This document shows, in pieces, positions 39,772 to 50,939 of a DNA stretch of 64,000 nt. Source of the DNA: Eledone cirrhosa (taxonomy: Eukaryota); assembly GCA_964016885.1 (NCBI GenBank), contig OZ024762.1:11842001-11906000 (forward strand). The letters are read 5' to 3'. The notes under the pieces were generated by a model. It was given only the letters and a program-made list of their open reading frames with translations, was not told the origin of the DNA and did no database searches. Position 1 is the stretch's first letter; the number at the start of each line of letters is the position of its first letter. Both the position numbers and the translations under genes were made by a program.

Positions 39772-40049
39772 GTGTCTGTCTCTGTATGAATGTGTGAGAC
39801 CAACTGCAGGGCTATCATGATAATCATCATCATCACCAACACTATCAACACCACCACCATCTCCACTACCACCACCACCATGTTAAACATTGTTCACCCC
39901 CACTTCCTCACAAGCTAGGGTTTCAGTCAGACATTTTGGCCAATCTTTTAGGGCCTAAGTTTGTCAGCCCCCACCTCTCTCTCTCTCTCTCTCACTCACT
40001 CTCTATATATATATGTATATGTGTATGTGTCTATTTTCTTTCTCACTCA

Positions 40050-40108
<59 letters not shown>

Positions 40109-40368
40109 GTGTGTGTGTGTGTGTATGTATATGTGTATATTCTGTCTCACTCACTCACTCACTCTCTCTCTATATATATATGTGTGTGTGTGTCTGTGTG
40201 TGTGTATGTATGTATCTATATATGTGTATATTCTCTGTCTAACTCACTCTCTCTCTCTCTATATATATATATATGTATGTGTGTGTGTATATATATATAT
40301 AATATATATATATATATTCATATATGTGTGAGTGTGTGTGTGCCTATATATATATGTCTCTCTCTCTC

Positions 40369-40419
<51 letters not shown>

Positions 40420-40458
40420 TCATATATGTGTGAGTGTGTGTGTGCCTATATATATATG

Positions 40459-40496
<38 letters not shown>

Positions 40497-40592
40497 CATA
40501 TATATGGGTGTGTGTGTGCCTATATATATATGTCTCTCTATATTCATATATATGTGTGTGTGTGTGCCTATATATATGTCTCTCTCTCTCTC

Positions 40593-40630
<38 letters not shown>

Positions 40631-41604
40631 CTGTGTGTATATATATATAAATGTCTTTCTCTCATAATACATACACATGTCTCTCTCTCTCTCAGGTCTG
40701 TGACTCCCCCTCTCTCTTATGTATGTGACTCCCCCTCTCTCTCCCATCTCCCCCCCCCCCCACACACACACACACTCTCTCTCTCTTTCTCCATCTGTCC
40801 CCTTTCCTAGAATTAAAGTAACTACTGTAGCTATAATGGGGAGAGGGGAGAGAGGGAGAGAGGGAGAGAGGGAGAAAGTGAGAGAGTGGAGGAGAAGGAA
40901 AAGTAGATATTACCAGAGATGGAGAGAGAGAGAGATAGAGAGAGTAAAGGGGGAAGGGAAGAGATGCTGCAGAGAGGAAGGAGAGGGAAAAGTTTACATT
41001 TTAACCACACATCATCTGGATGACCTATTTTGGCAATTACAACACTCTTCCTTCTTTCTTTCTTTCTCTCTCATATATATATATGTGTATATATATATAC
41101 TACATATATATATACATATATATATACATATATATATATATACACATATATATATACATATATATAGATACACATACTACAATATACATATATATACATA
41201 TATATATACACACACATATATATACATATATATACACACATATATATATACATATATATAGATACACATACATATACATATATATAGATACACATACTAC
41301 AATATATGTATATATACATATATATATACACACATATATATACATATATATATATACACACATATATATATACATATACACATATATATACATATATATA
41401 TACATACATTTATATATATATATATATATATACATACAAATGTATATATACACACATATATATACGTACATATATATATATATACACACACACATATATA
41501 TATATATATATGTATATACACACACACATTTATATATACATATATATGTATGTATATATGTATATATAAATGTATGTATATATGTATATATAAATGCCTA
41601 TATA

Positions 41605-43123
41605 TAAAGCCTTTGACAGAGTTCCACGTGCAGTAATCTGGTGGGCTCTTAGAAAACTAGGAGTAGATGAATGGCTTGTGAAAGCGGTACAAGCCATGTA
41701 TAGGGGAGCAGTCAGCAAAGTTAGGATTGGCAATGAGTATAGCGAGGAATTTAACGTACAGGTTGGGGTCCACCAGGGCTCTGTTCTTAGCCCTCTCCTG
41801 TTCATCATAGTCCTGCAGGCAATAACGGAGGAGTTTAAGACCGGATGCCCATGGGAACTCCTGTATGCTGATGACCTCGCACTCATAGCTGAATCTATGG
41901 TAGAACTAGAGAATAAATTCCAAACCTGGAAGCAGGGACTAGAGAGAAAGGGCCTCAAAGTCAACATGACAAAGACTAAGGTCCTTATAAGTAGACGAGA
42001 AAACAGAACCCAGATCCCCTCAGGGAAATGGCCTTGCTCAGTATGTAGGAAAGGTGTAGGTAGGAACTCCATTCTTTGCCCCAAATGCAAACAATGGGTA
42101 CACAAGAGATGTAGCGGGATCTCAGGAAGCTTAATTAAGAATGTAGGATTCACATGCAGCAGCTGTGCTGAAACAGCAAGCAAACAGCCACAGGAAACAA
42201 GTACCACCAATCTCTGGGAGGGCCCTGTAGAAACAGTAGACAGCTTCTGCTACCTAGGTGACCGAATTAGCAACGGAGGTGGGTGCTCAGAAAGTACAAT
42301 AACTAGGGTAAGAACGGGATGGAAGAAGTTTAGGGAACTACTACCACTGCTAGCTGCAAAAGGCTTCTCCCTCAGAATGAAAGGCAGACTGTATGATGCG
42401 TGTATCCGAACAGCGATGTTGCATGGTAGTGAGACCTGGGCGCTGAAGGTGGAAGACCTACGTAGATTAGAGAGAAACGAAGCCTGCATGCTCCGATGGA
42501 TGTGTAACAGTAATATACGTGAACGACAAAGCATAAATGAATTGAGAGAGAGACTGAGCATAAGAGGAATCAAATGCTGTGTGCAGGAGAGGCGGTTACG
42601 CTGGTATGGACATGTGATGCGTATGAAGGATGACAGCTGCATAAAAAGGTGCAGAGCACTAGAAGTTGATGGAAACCGCGGAGTGGGGAGACCCAAGATG
42701 ACTTGGGATGAGGTGATAAAAGCCGACCTTACCCAACTACACCTCTCAAAGTCAATGACACACGACCGTGACTTCTGGCGTCACGCAGTAATACAGGGTA
42801 CCCGACCTCCCATGGGTACATGCTGAAGCATATAAACAATATGCCCCCCCCCCCCCACCGCAAGGTGGTCGTGGAGGTGCCACGGCAAAAAAGCACCCAG
42901 CCCACACTGTAAAGTGGACGTGTAGGCGCCACGAAAAAGCACCCAGCACTCACTGTAAATGAGGTTGGTGTTAGGAAGGGCATCCAGCTGTAGAAATCAA
43001 GCCAGATCAGTTCCTGTATGAGCAAGGCATGGTCAGCCGACCAGACACTGCCCACAACAGGACAACCCGTCTAACCCATGCTAGCGTGGAAGAACGGACG
43101 TAAAACGGTGATGATGATGATGA

Positions 43124-43128
<5 letters not shown>
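41605..43128 (+). mobile_element. 5'-truncated RTE-clade LINE (RT ORF open to the stop at 42826, then 3' UTR)
   Basis: KAFDRV, GVHQGSVLSPLLF, YADD, RRLRWYGHVMRM, GRP motifs; (GAT)n tail; inserted in (TA)n. Confidence 0.95.
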
Positions 43129-43159
<31 letters not shown>

Positions 43160-43288
43160 CAGGATGGATTCAGTCTGAAGCTGGTTAGGCCATTACTCAA
43201 TGGAGTACTCCGATACTTGGGATAGTAAAGTATGGTTATATTATAGAGTCAGAGCCCGATGGCTGAGCTCCTGCCATTTCAACAAGCT

Positions 43289-43297
43289 AGTTCCAGA

Positions 43298-43353
<56 letters not shown>

Positions 43354-43362
43354 TCTGGAACT
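43289..43362. repeat. perfect 74-bp palindrome centred on (AT)25
   Basis: AGTTCCAGACTC-(AT)25-GAGTCTGGAACT. Confidence 0.9.
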
Positions 43363-43442
43363 TGACTATCCAGGAAGCTCCAACCGTTAAGGTTGTCTTT
43401 TTTTTTCCGGGTATGTCAATATTTATTTATAAAACAAATCTG

Positions 43443-43508
43443 TATTTTATCTGATGAAAGCGCACCATAATTTACCTTGGTTGCCCTTGAAATATGTATC
43501 ATAAAATA
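43443..43508 (+). ncRNA. minimal type I hammerhead ribozyme (family H1)
   Basis: TATTTTAT-CTGATGA-AAGCGCACCA(taatttacct)TGGTTGCCCTT-GAAA-TATGTA-TC-ATAAAATA; perfect 8-bp stem I, AUC triplet, predicted cut after 43500. Confidence 0.85.
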
Positions 43509-43513
43509 AATAT

Positions 43514-44430
43514 CATCATCATCATCATCATCAGGTTTAGCGTCCGTGTTCCACGCTTGCATGGGTTTGGACGGGGGTTTTCCCACTTGAGGCAAGAGTG
43601 GTTGTCTTGCTCGCATAGGACTGTCTGGCGGGTTTTCTACAGTTGGATGCCCTTCCTAACACCAACCACATTTACAGTGTGGGGCTGGGAGGTTTTTACC
43701 GTGTTGCCTACATGGCCACATTACAGCGTGGACTGTGTGTTTTTTGTCGTGACACCTACACGATCTCATTTGTTTCGGCCTGGATGTTGTGGGACCAACA
43801 TAACTTTACATTGAAAGGGGCGGTGTGGATGGGGTGGAGGTGGTGGGACGGGGGGGTTGATAGAGATGCCTACTGACTGTAGTAGGTTTTTACTTTGTAT
43901 TTAGGTAAGGCGGGTCTTCTCTATTACTGAGTACCGCCAAAGGTCTCGGTCCAGTGACATTGTCTTGGAGAGGTGTAAGCGTGTGAGGTCGGAATTTATC
44001 AGCTCGTCCCATGTTTTTCTGGGTCTGCCTACTCCGTGGCTACCGTCTATCTTTATTGCCCTGCACTTTGTTATACAGCTGTCGTCTTTCATGCGCATCA
44101 CGTGACCGTACCAACGTAGCCTTCTCTCGAGTAAACAACATCTGATCCCTCTTATTTCTAATTTTTTTCTTAGTTCGTTTATGCTTTGCCGTTCACGTAT
44201 ATTACTGTTGCACATCCAGCGGAGCATGCAAGCTTCGTTCCTCTCTAGTCTGCGTATATCCTCTGCACACAATGCCCAGGTCTCACTGCCATGCAGCATT
44301 GCTGTTCGTATGCAGGCATCGTATAACCTGCCTTTCATTTTTAGGGAGAACCCTCTAGCGACTAATAGTGGTATAAGCTCTCTGAACTTTTTCCATCCAG
44401 TTCTGACTCTAGCTACTGTACTTTCAGAGC
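43514..44430 (-). mobile_element. 5'-truncated RTE LINE (same family as 46626-49520)
   Basis: CSESTVARVRTGWKKFREL...IEKTRLT* plus 3' UTR and (TGA)n tail; ATAT duplicated at both ends. Confidence 0.95.
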
Positions 44431-44935
44431 ATATAGTTTTATAAATATAGTTTCCATTTATTAATATATTGTATATATATATATATATATATATATACAA
44501 ATAGTGAAAACAATGAAATTAAACAAAAAACGGTTAATTCATAGTAAAACTCATTATTTTACGATCGTTTCTGGGAAGTAGTTCCCCCATATGTCCATTC
44601 TTGTGTTTAATTTCATTGTTTTCACTATTTGTATTTTTGATACTATTTGTATTTTCAACACTATTTGTATTTTTGATACTATTTGTATTTTTGACTCTGT
44701 ATCCAATGAATTATATCGTTGAAAATTTTCTATTTTAAACTTTGCTTCACCACATCTACATACGGATTACATTCAGTTCTTCATACGGCTTAGACCCTAC
44801 CATTAATTGGTGGATTTATCTGTATATATATATATATATATATACAATAGTAGAACACTGGAGGGTTATATCCATAGTAGTAGAGTTTGGTAGCAGTAGT
44901 TCCACATGGTGAAATAACTGTTGTGGTACTACTTT

Positions 44936-45091
44936 AGTGGTTGTGGAGGTGCCACGGCAAAAAAGCACCCAGCACTCACTGTAAATGAGGTTGGTGTTAG
45001 GAAGGGCATCCAGCTGTAGAAATCAAGCCAGAATCAGTTCCTGTCCCACTCTTGCAAGCAGGGAAAAGCGGACGTAAAATGATGATGATGA
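44936..45091 (+). mobile_element. SINE family A, 3' half
   Basis: Matches 31268-31412. Confidence 0.85.
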
Positions 45092-45714
45092 TTTATATAT
45101 CTATATACACAATTGTTTCTACTTTTGTTTCTACAATTACCCCAGTGCATTACTGGTACTTTATTTTACTGACCCCGTGAGGATGAAAGGCAAAGTTAAC
45201 CTCTGATAATACTTATAAAAAGGAAGTTTGTTTGTACATTTTCTGCTAATAACACAAAATAAAATTGGTAATAATTAATGATTTCCGTGTTTTCAACTAA
45301 TCGGACCGCCGCCTACGTTTTCTCCGAAAACGGAACTGGTGGAGGTGGGGTAGGGAGATTTGACTGCTCTTTCTAGCACAGTGACTTTGTGGCTTTGTTT
45401 ATAATTTCTCTCTATCTCACTTAATGTCTATCTATCTATCTATTTCTCTTTATGTCTCATTATCTTTTTCTCTCTACGGGGTCGATAAAATAAAGTACCA
45501 GTAATGCACTGGGTAATTGCTGGCCTTGTGCCTAAAGTAGAAACAATTATCTCTTTCTCTCTATATCTCTATTTCTATGTCTTTATATATATATATATTT
45601 TCTCTTTCTGTCTGTCTATATGTCCCTCTCTGTCTCTATATGTCTCTCTCTCTCTCTCACTATCTCTTTCTCTCTATCTGAGTGTTCCCCAATTTCAAAC
45701 TCCACCATTCCAAC

Positions 45715-46305
45715 GAGGGGTGGCTGTGTTAAAGAGCAATCCTTGCCACCACAAAATAACATCACAGTGAATGCCATCAACAAAATCTTTCACAAATGCT
45801 CCCTGGAGGTAGCCAGACCTATAAATCTATCGACAAAGTTGTCGTGGAGGACACAGCTGTTCAATATCCCGTTGAATTTCTCAAAAGTCTGGAACCTTCA
45901 GGTATGCCACCACAAAACCTTCAATTGAAGAAGAAGGGAACAGTCATGATGCTTCAAAGAATCCTGGATCAGCCAAGATTGTGCAATGAGAGGCGTATAG
46001 TTGTGACTAAACTACAACCTTACATTATCAAAGCCCAAATCCTCACTGGATCTAGTAAGGGAGACATTGTATTTATACCTAGAATATCGCTAATACCAAC
46101 AGATGGCCCCCTTTTGTTTCAAATGATTGCAATTCCCAGTGAGAGTCAGTTACCCAATGACTATCAACAAGTCCCAAGGTGAAACCCTGCAGGTTGTCAG
46201 TGTCCATCTCGAAGAGGGATGTTTCTCACATGGTCAATTCTATGTAGGTTATTCCAGACTAGGAAAACCCCACAAACTCTTCATATATGCCCCAAAGAAA
46301 AAAGT
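45715..46305 (+). pseudogene. Helitron Pif1-like helicase C-terminal fragment (frameshifted)
   Basis: RAILA, YPVEFLKSLEPSGMPP, PRLCN, VFIPRI, QFPVRVSYPMTINKSQG, FSHGQFYVGYSR; the last residues NIVYTEVQ* resume at 49738-49764. Confidence 0.9.
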
Positions 46306-46625
46306 TTAACCCTTTAGCATTTAAACTGGTCATATCCAGCCAGAATTCTCTCTTTCTGTTCAAACTGGCTGTAACTGGCCACTCATACTGACGTTAAGGT
46401 ATTGTTCTCAAAATAAATAATATCAAAATCTAATAGATTCAATATTATGTGAGGTAAAGCCTTTACTGTGAAAATACAATAGTATATATAGAGTAATGTA
46501 AATGTTATGCGAGATATTATGAGGTAAAGCCTTTACTGTGAAAATACAATAGTATATATAGAGTAATGTAAATGTTGTGAGATATTATGTGAGGTAAAGC
46601 CTTTACTGTGAAAATACAATAGTAT

Positions 46626-49520
46626 CATCATCATCATCATCATCAACGTTTAACGTCCGTGTTCCACGCTTGCATGGGTTTGGACGGGGGTAGTCCCACT
46701 TGAGGCAAGAGTGATTGTCTTGCTCGCATAGGACTGTCTGGCAGGTTTTCTACAGTTGGATGCCCTTCCTAACACCAACCACATTTACAGTGTGGGTCTG
46801 GGAGGTTTTTACCGTGTTGCCTACACGGCCACATTACAGCGTGGAGTGTGTGTTTTTTTGTCGTGACACCTACACGATCTCATTTGTTTCGGCCTCGATG
46901 GCGCGGCACCAACATAACTTTACATAGAACGGGGTGGTGTGGATCGGGTGGGGGTGGGGGTGGTGGGACGGGGTGTATTTTGTTAGAGATGCCTACTGGC
47001 TGGAGTAGGTTTTACTATATATTTAGGTAAGGCGGGTCTTCTCTGTTACTGAGTACCGCCAAAGGTCTCGGTCCAGTGACATTGTCTTGGAGAGGTGTAA
47101 GTGTGTGATGTCGGAGTTTATCAGCTCGTCCCAGGTTTTTCTAGGTCTGCCTATTCCGTGACTACCGTCTATCTTTATTGCCCTGCACTTTGTTATACAG
47201 CTATCGACTTTCATGCGCATCACGTGTCCATACCAACGTAGCCTTCTCTCGAGTAAACAACATCTGATCCCTCTTATCTCTAATTTATTCCTTAGTTCGT
47301 TTATGCTTTGCCGTTCACGTATATTACTGTTACACATCCAGCGGAGCATGCAAGCTTCGTTCCTCTCTAGTCTGCGTATATCCTCTGCACACAATGCCCA
47401 GGTCTCACTGCCATGCAGCATTGCTGTTCGTATGCAGGCATCGTACAACCTGCCTTTCATTTTTAGTGAGAACCCTTTAGCAGCTAATAGTGGTATAAGC
47501 TCTCTGAACTTTTTCCAACCAGTTCTGACTCTAGCTACAGTACTTTCAGAGCACCCTCCCCCACTGCTGATTTTATCGCCCAGGTAACGGAAGCTGTCCA
47601 CTATTTCTATAGAACCCTCTGCGCAATTGAAAGAGCTAGTAGTTTGTGGGCACTTGCTGCTACTTATTGCACCAGAGCACCGGCCACATGTAAAATCTAT
47701 GTTCTTAGTTAGCTTACCTGTGATCCCACTACATCTTTTATGCACCCATACTTTGCATTTAGGACATAAAATGGAGTTTCTACCTACGCCTTTCCTACAC
47801 ACCGAGCACGACCATTTCCCCGAAGGGACCGCCGCCTTGTTTTCTTTCCTACAAACTAGTACTTTGGTCTTAGCCAGGTTAATTTTAAGTCCTTTTGACT
47901 CTAGGCCGTGCTTCCATGTTTGGAATTTCTTCTCTAGCTCGGCCATTGATTCCGCTATGAGTGTCAGGTCGTCTGCGTATAGGAGTTCCCATGGGCAGCC
48001 TGTCTTGAACTCCTCTGTTATAGCCTGAAGGGCAATAATAAATAGTAGTGGACTGAGAACAGAGCCCTGATGGACGCCGACTTTTACGCTAAACTCTTCA
48101 CTATATTCGTTGTTAATTCTAACCTTGCTGACTGTTTCTTTATACATGGCTTGTATAGCCCTCACAAGCCATTCGTCAACGCCTAGTTTTCTAAGAGCCC
48201 ACCAGATAATGGAGCGGGGGACTCTGTCGAAGGCTTTCTCCAAGTCGACAAAAGCTAAGTAGAGGGGTTTACCTTTAGCTAGGTACTTCTCCTGTAGTTG
48301 TCGTACTATGAAAAGAGCGTCTGTGGTACTTTTGCCTGACACAAACCCGAACTGCATTTCATCTAGGTCAATTCTCTCTCTGATTAGTTGCGCTATTACT
48401 CTTTCCGTGACCTTCATGACCTGGTCGATTAATTTAATGCCTCTATAGTTACTCCTATCTAGGGCGTCTCCTTTACCCTTATAACAGTTAACGATGATGC
48501 TGCTATGCCAGTCCTTCGGAACAACCCCGTTCTGTACGACTTGGTTAACTATGCGGGTGACCATGGTGTGTCCCACCGTGCCAGATGCCTTCAGCATCTC
48601 AGCAACTATTTCCGAAGGCCCAGCCGCCTTACCAGTCTTCATATCCTTGATTGCCTTACTTATTATACTCCCCTCGACTAACACTGCTGGTCCCTCTATT
48701 GGGTCGATATGGGGGAGACTGCCTTTCTCCCAATTATTCTCCTCATTTAGAAGCCTTTCATAGTGACACTTCCAAGCTACCTTCTTATCAGCGTCGGTGA
48801 TGGCAAGTGTGCCATCGTCGTTTAGTACACACTTCTCCCCGACAATATCACGGTTTTCCTTGACGCATTGCCTAGCAATCCTGAACACCTCACGTTTTTG
48901 GTCATCGCGTTGTAGAACATGCTTGAACTTTCTTTCCTCAGCTTCCCTTCTTGCTAAGTACACTTGTCTCCTAGCTTCCCTCCTGGCCACTTGATAGTCC
49001 TCTCTACTTCCCCCATCCCGCCATACTTTCCAAGCCTGCTTTTTGGCCTTAATTGACCCCTCCACCTTACTGTTCCACCACCATGTTACTCTCCTCCTGC
49101 CTACAGGCCTGCTCCAGCCACAGACCTCGTCTGTCGCCAACAGCAGGTTTGCCTTCAGAAATTCCCACTCTCCCTCTATATTGTCCGACTCTAAATGTTC
49201 TTCCTTACTGTCGAAAGCATCAAGTAATATGCTTTGAAATTTATTCCTGGCTGTGGGGTCCTTTAGCTTCCATATTTTCCTCCTGAGGATAGTCCTCTTC
49301 TGTTGTCGAGTACGTCTCGTCCTGACTATGAGGTCGCTAATTATCAGTCTATGTTGGGAGGTGCATTCTTCATGGGGGAGGGATTTAGTGTTAACAACAG
49401 ACACTCTGTCACGTCTTCTGGTAAGGATATAATCTACCTGGCTTGTGTGTTCCCCGGATCTATAGGTGATCAGGTGATTGTCACGTTTTTTGAAGTTAGT
49501 GTTACAGATAGTTAGGTTAT
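46626..49520 (-). mobile_element. 5'-truncated RTE-clade LINE
   Basis: Uninterrupted ORF, ~400-bp 3' UTR, (TGA)n tail, TSD TAGTAT (46620-46625 and 49521-49526). Confidence 0.97.
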
Positions 49521-49521
49521 T
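47023..49521 (-). CDS. RTE ORF: C-terminal part of the AP endonuclease + reverse transcriptase + PHD-like insert (no start codon; truncated)
   Basis: The frame extends upstream of the listed GTG as NLTICNTNFKKRDNHLITYRSGEHTSQVDYIL (APE); NYRGIKL, QFGF, AFVDLEKAFD, QGSVLSP, YADD. Confidence 0.9.
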   Translation of the reverse strand, partial: NNLTICNTNFKKRDNHLITYRSGEHTSQVDYILTRRRDRVSVVNTKSLPHEECTSQHRLIISDLIVRTRRTRQQKRTILRRKIWKLKDPTARNKFQSILLDAFDSKEEHLESDNIEGEWEFLKANLLLATDEVCGWSRPVGRRRVTWWWNSKVEGSIKAKKQAWKVWRDGGSREDYQVARREARRQVYLARREAEERKFKHVLQRDDQKREVFRIARQCVKENRDIVGEKCVLNDDGTLAITDADKKVAWKCHYERLLNEENNWEKGSLPHIDPIEGPAVLVEGSIISKAIKDMKTGKAAGPSEIVAEMLKASGTVGHTMVTRIVNQVVQNGVVPKDWHSSIIVNCYKGKGDALDRSNYRGIKLIDQVMKVTERVIAQLIRERIDLDEMQFGFVSGKSTTDALFIVRQLQEKYLAKGKPLYLAFVDLEKAFDRVPRSIIWWALRKLGVDEWLVRAIQAMYKETVSKVRINNEYSEEFSVKVGVHQGSVLSPLLFIIALQAITEEFKTGCPWELLYADDLTLIAESMAELEKKFQTWKHGLESKGLKINLAKTKVLVCRKENKAAVPSGKWSCSVCRKGVGRNSILCPKCKVWVHKRCSGITGKLTKNIDFTCGRCSGAISSSKCPQTTSSFNCAEGSIEIVDSFRYLGDKISSGGGCSESTVARVRTGWKKFRELIPLLAAKGFSLKMKGRLYDACIRTAMLHGSETWALCAEDIRRLERNEACMLRWMCNSNIRERQSINELRNKLEIRGIRCCLLERRLRWYGHVMRMKVDSCITKCRAIKIDGSHGIGRPRKTWDELINSDITHLHLSKTMSLDRDLWRYSVTEKTRLT

Positions 49522-49914
49522 AGTATATATAGAGTAATGTAAATGGTATGTGAGGTAAAGCCTTTACTGTGAAAATACAATAGTATATATAGAGTAATGT
49601 AAATGGTATGTGAGGTAAAGCCTTTACTGTGAAAATACAATAGTATATATAGAGTAATGTAAATGGCATGTGAGGTAAAGCCTTTACTGTGAAAATACAA
49701 TAGTATATATAGAGTAATGTAACTGGTAAAGGGTTAAAACATTGTATATACTGAAGTTCAGTAAATATTTTATAATTATCGTAGAATACATTTCCTATTA
49801 TTTTCTTTAATACTTTCTCTAATTAGATATTCTAATTACATTTTAAATAATTATGTTATGCAATGTGTAAATACCTTTTTAATGATTACGATAGATGACA
49901 ATAGGTGTTAGATT

Positions 49915-50282
49915 TGAGGGACTGACTGGTGAGGGACTGACTGGTGAGGGACAGACTGGTGAGGGACAGACTGGTGAGGGACAGACTGGTGAGGGACAGA
50001 CTGGTGAGGGACAGACTGGTGAGGGACTGACTGGTGAGGGACAGACTGGTGAGGGACAGACTGGTGAGGGACAGACTGGTGAGGGACAGACTGGTGAGGG
50101 ACAGACTGGTGAGGGACAGACTGGTGAGGGACTGACTGGTGAGGGACTGACCGGTGAGGGACTGACTGGTGAGGGACTGACCGGTGAGGGACTGACTGGT
50201 GAGGGACTGACTGGTGAGGGACTGACTGGTGAGGGACAGACTAGTGATGGACAGATTAGTGATGGACAGACTAGTGATGGTC
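49915..50282. repeat. 15-bp minisatellite (~24 copies)
   Basis: TGAGGGACWGACTGG. Confidence 0.95.
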
Positions 50283-50939
50283 AGAAATTCTGATTGGGGT
50301 CTGAAAAATCACCCTATGAATGCCTTTTTCACACATAAACACAAACATATAAACACTGACACCACACACACAGACATATACAGTGTTCCAATAAAATGTA
50401 TACACACTTCAACAGCATTCTAATAAATATTGCCTGTACAGGTAATCAAAGTGTGTATACATGCATACCATACAAGTACAGACACATGTATACACAAACA
50501 CACACTCATACCTACACCTACAAACACAAACTGAGAGGGAGGGAGGTGCGAGAGAGAGGAAAAGAGGAGGTGGTAGAGAAGGAGAGACAGAGAAGAGAAG
50601 AGAGAAAGAGGAAAGGAGAAGAAAGGGAGTAGAGAGGGAGAGAAAGAGGATAGAAGAAAGGGGGTAGAGAGGGAGAAGAAAGGGGGTAGAGAGGGAGAGG
50701 AAAAGAGGGCGGGAATTTTTCATGTCAGTAATTTAAATTTCTTGCAATATTTTTCTAAAGCACAGACACACAGACAGACGATCAATCAATGGATCTCAGT
50801 CAGTGTCGACGATGAGCACTCCAGTTGTTCAGTCAGCCAACAGAACTGACCTTTTGAATTACAGGTACAAATCATCTGACGGGCATCCAAAGTTTTAGTC
50901 TCACCCCAGTGGACCTGGGGCTCAGGTAAATGACACTTA

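Larger units (their letters stand above)
46310..49733. mobile_element. piggyBac-like MITE (family A) interrupted by an RTE LINE
   Basis: TTAA(46306-09)-CCCTTTAGCATTTA ... TAAAGGG-TTAA(49734-37); 60-bp internal units on both sides of the LINE. Confidence 0.85.

Noticed and set aside
42250-42696. Antisense ORFs over the RTE copies (also 47213-49515)
   Set aside because: Shadow frames of the RT ORF.
45205-45300. Possible Helitron 5' end (ATACTTATAAAAAGGAAGTTTGTTTG)
   Set aside because: No intact TC start and no 3' hairpin-CTRR end found, so it cannot be tied to the helicase fragment.
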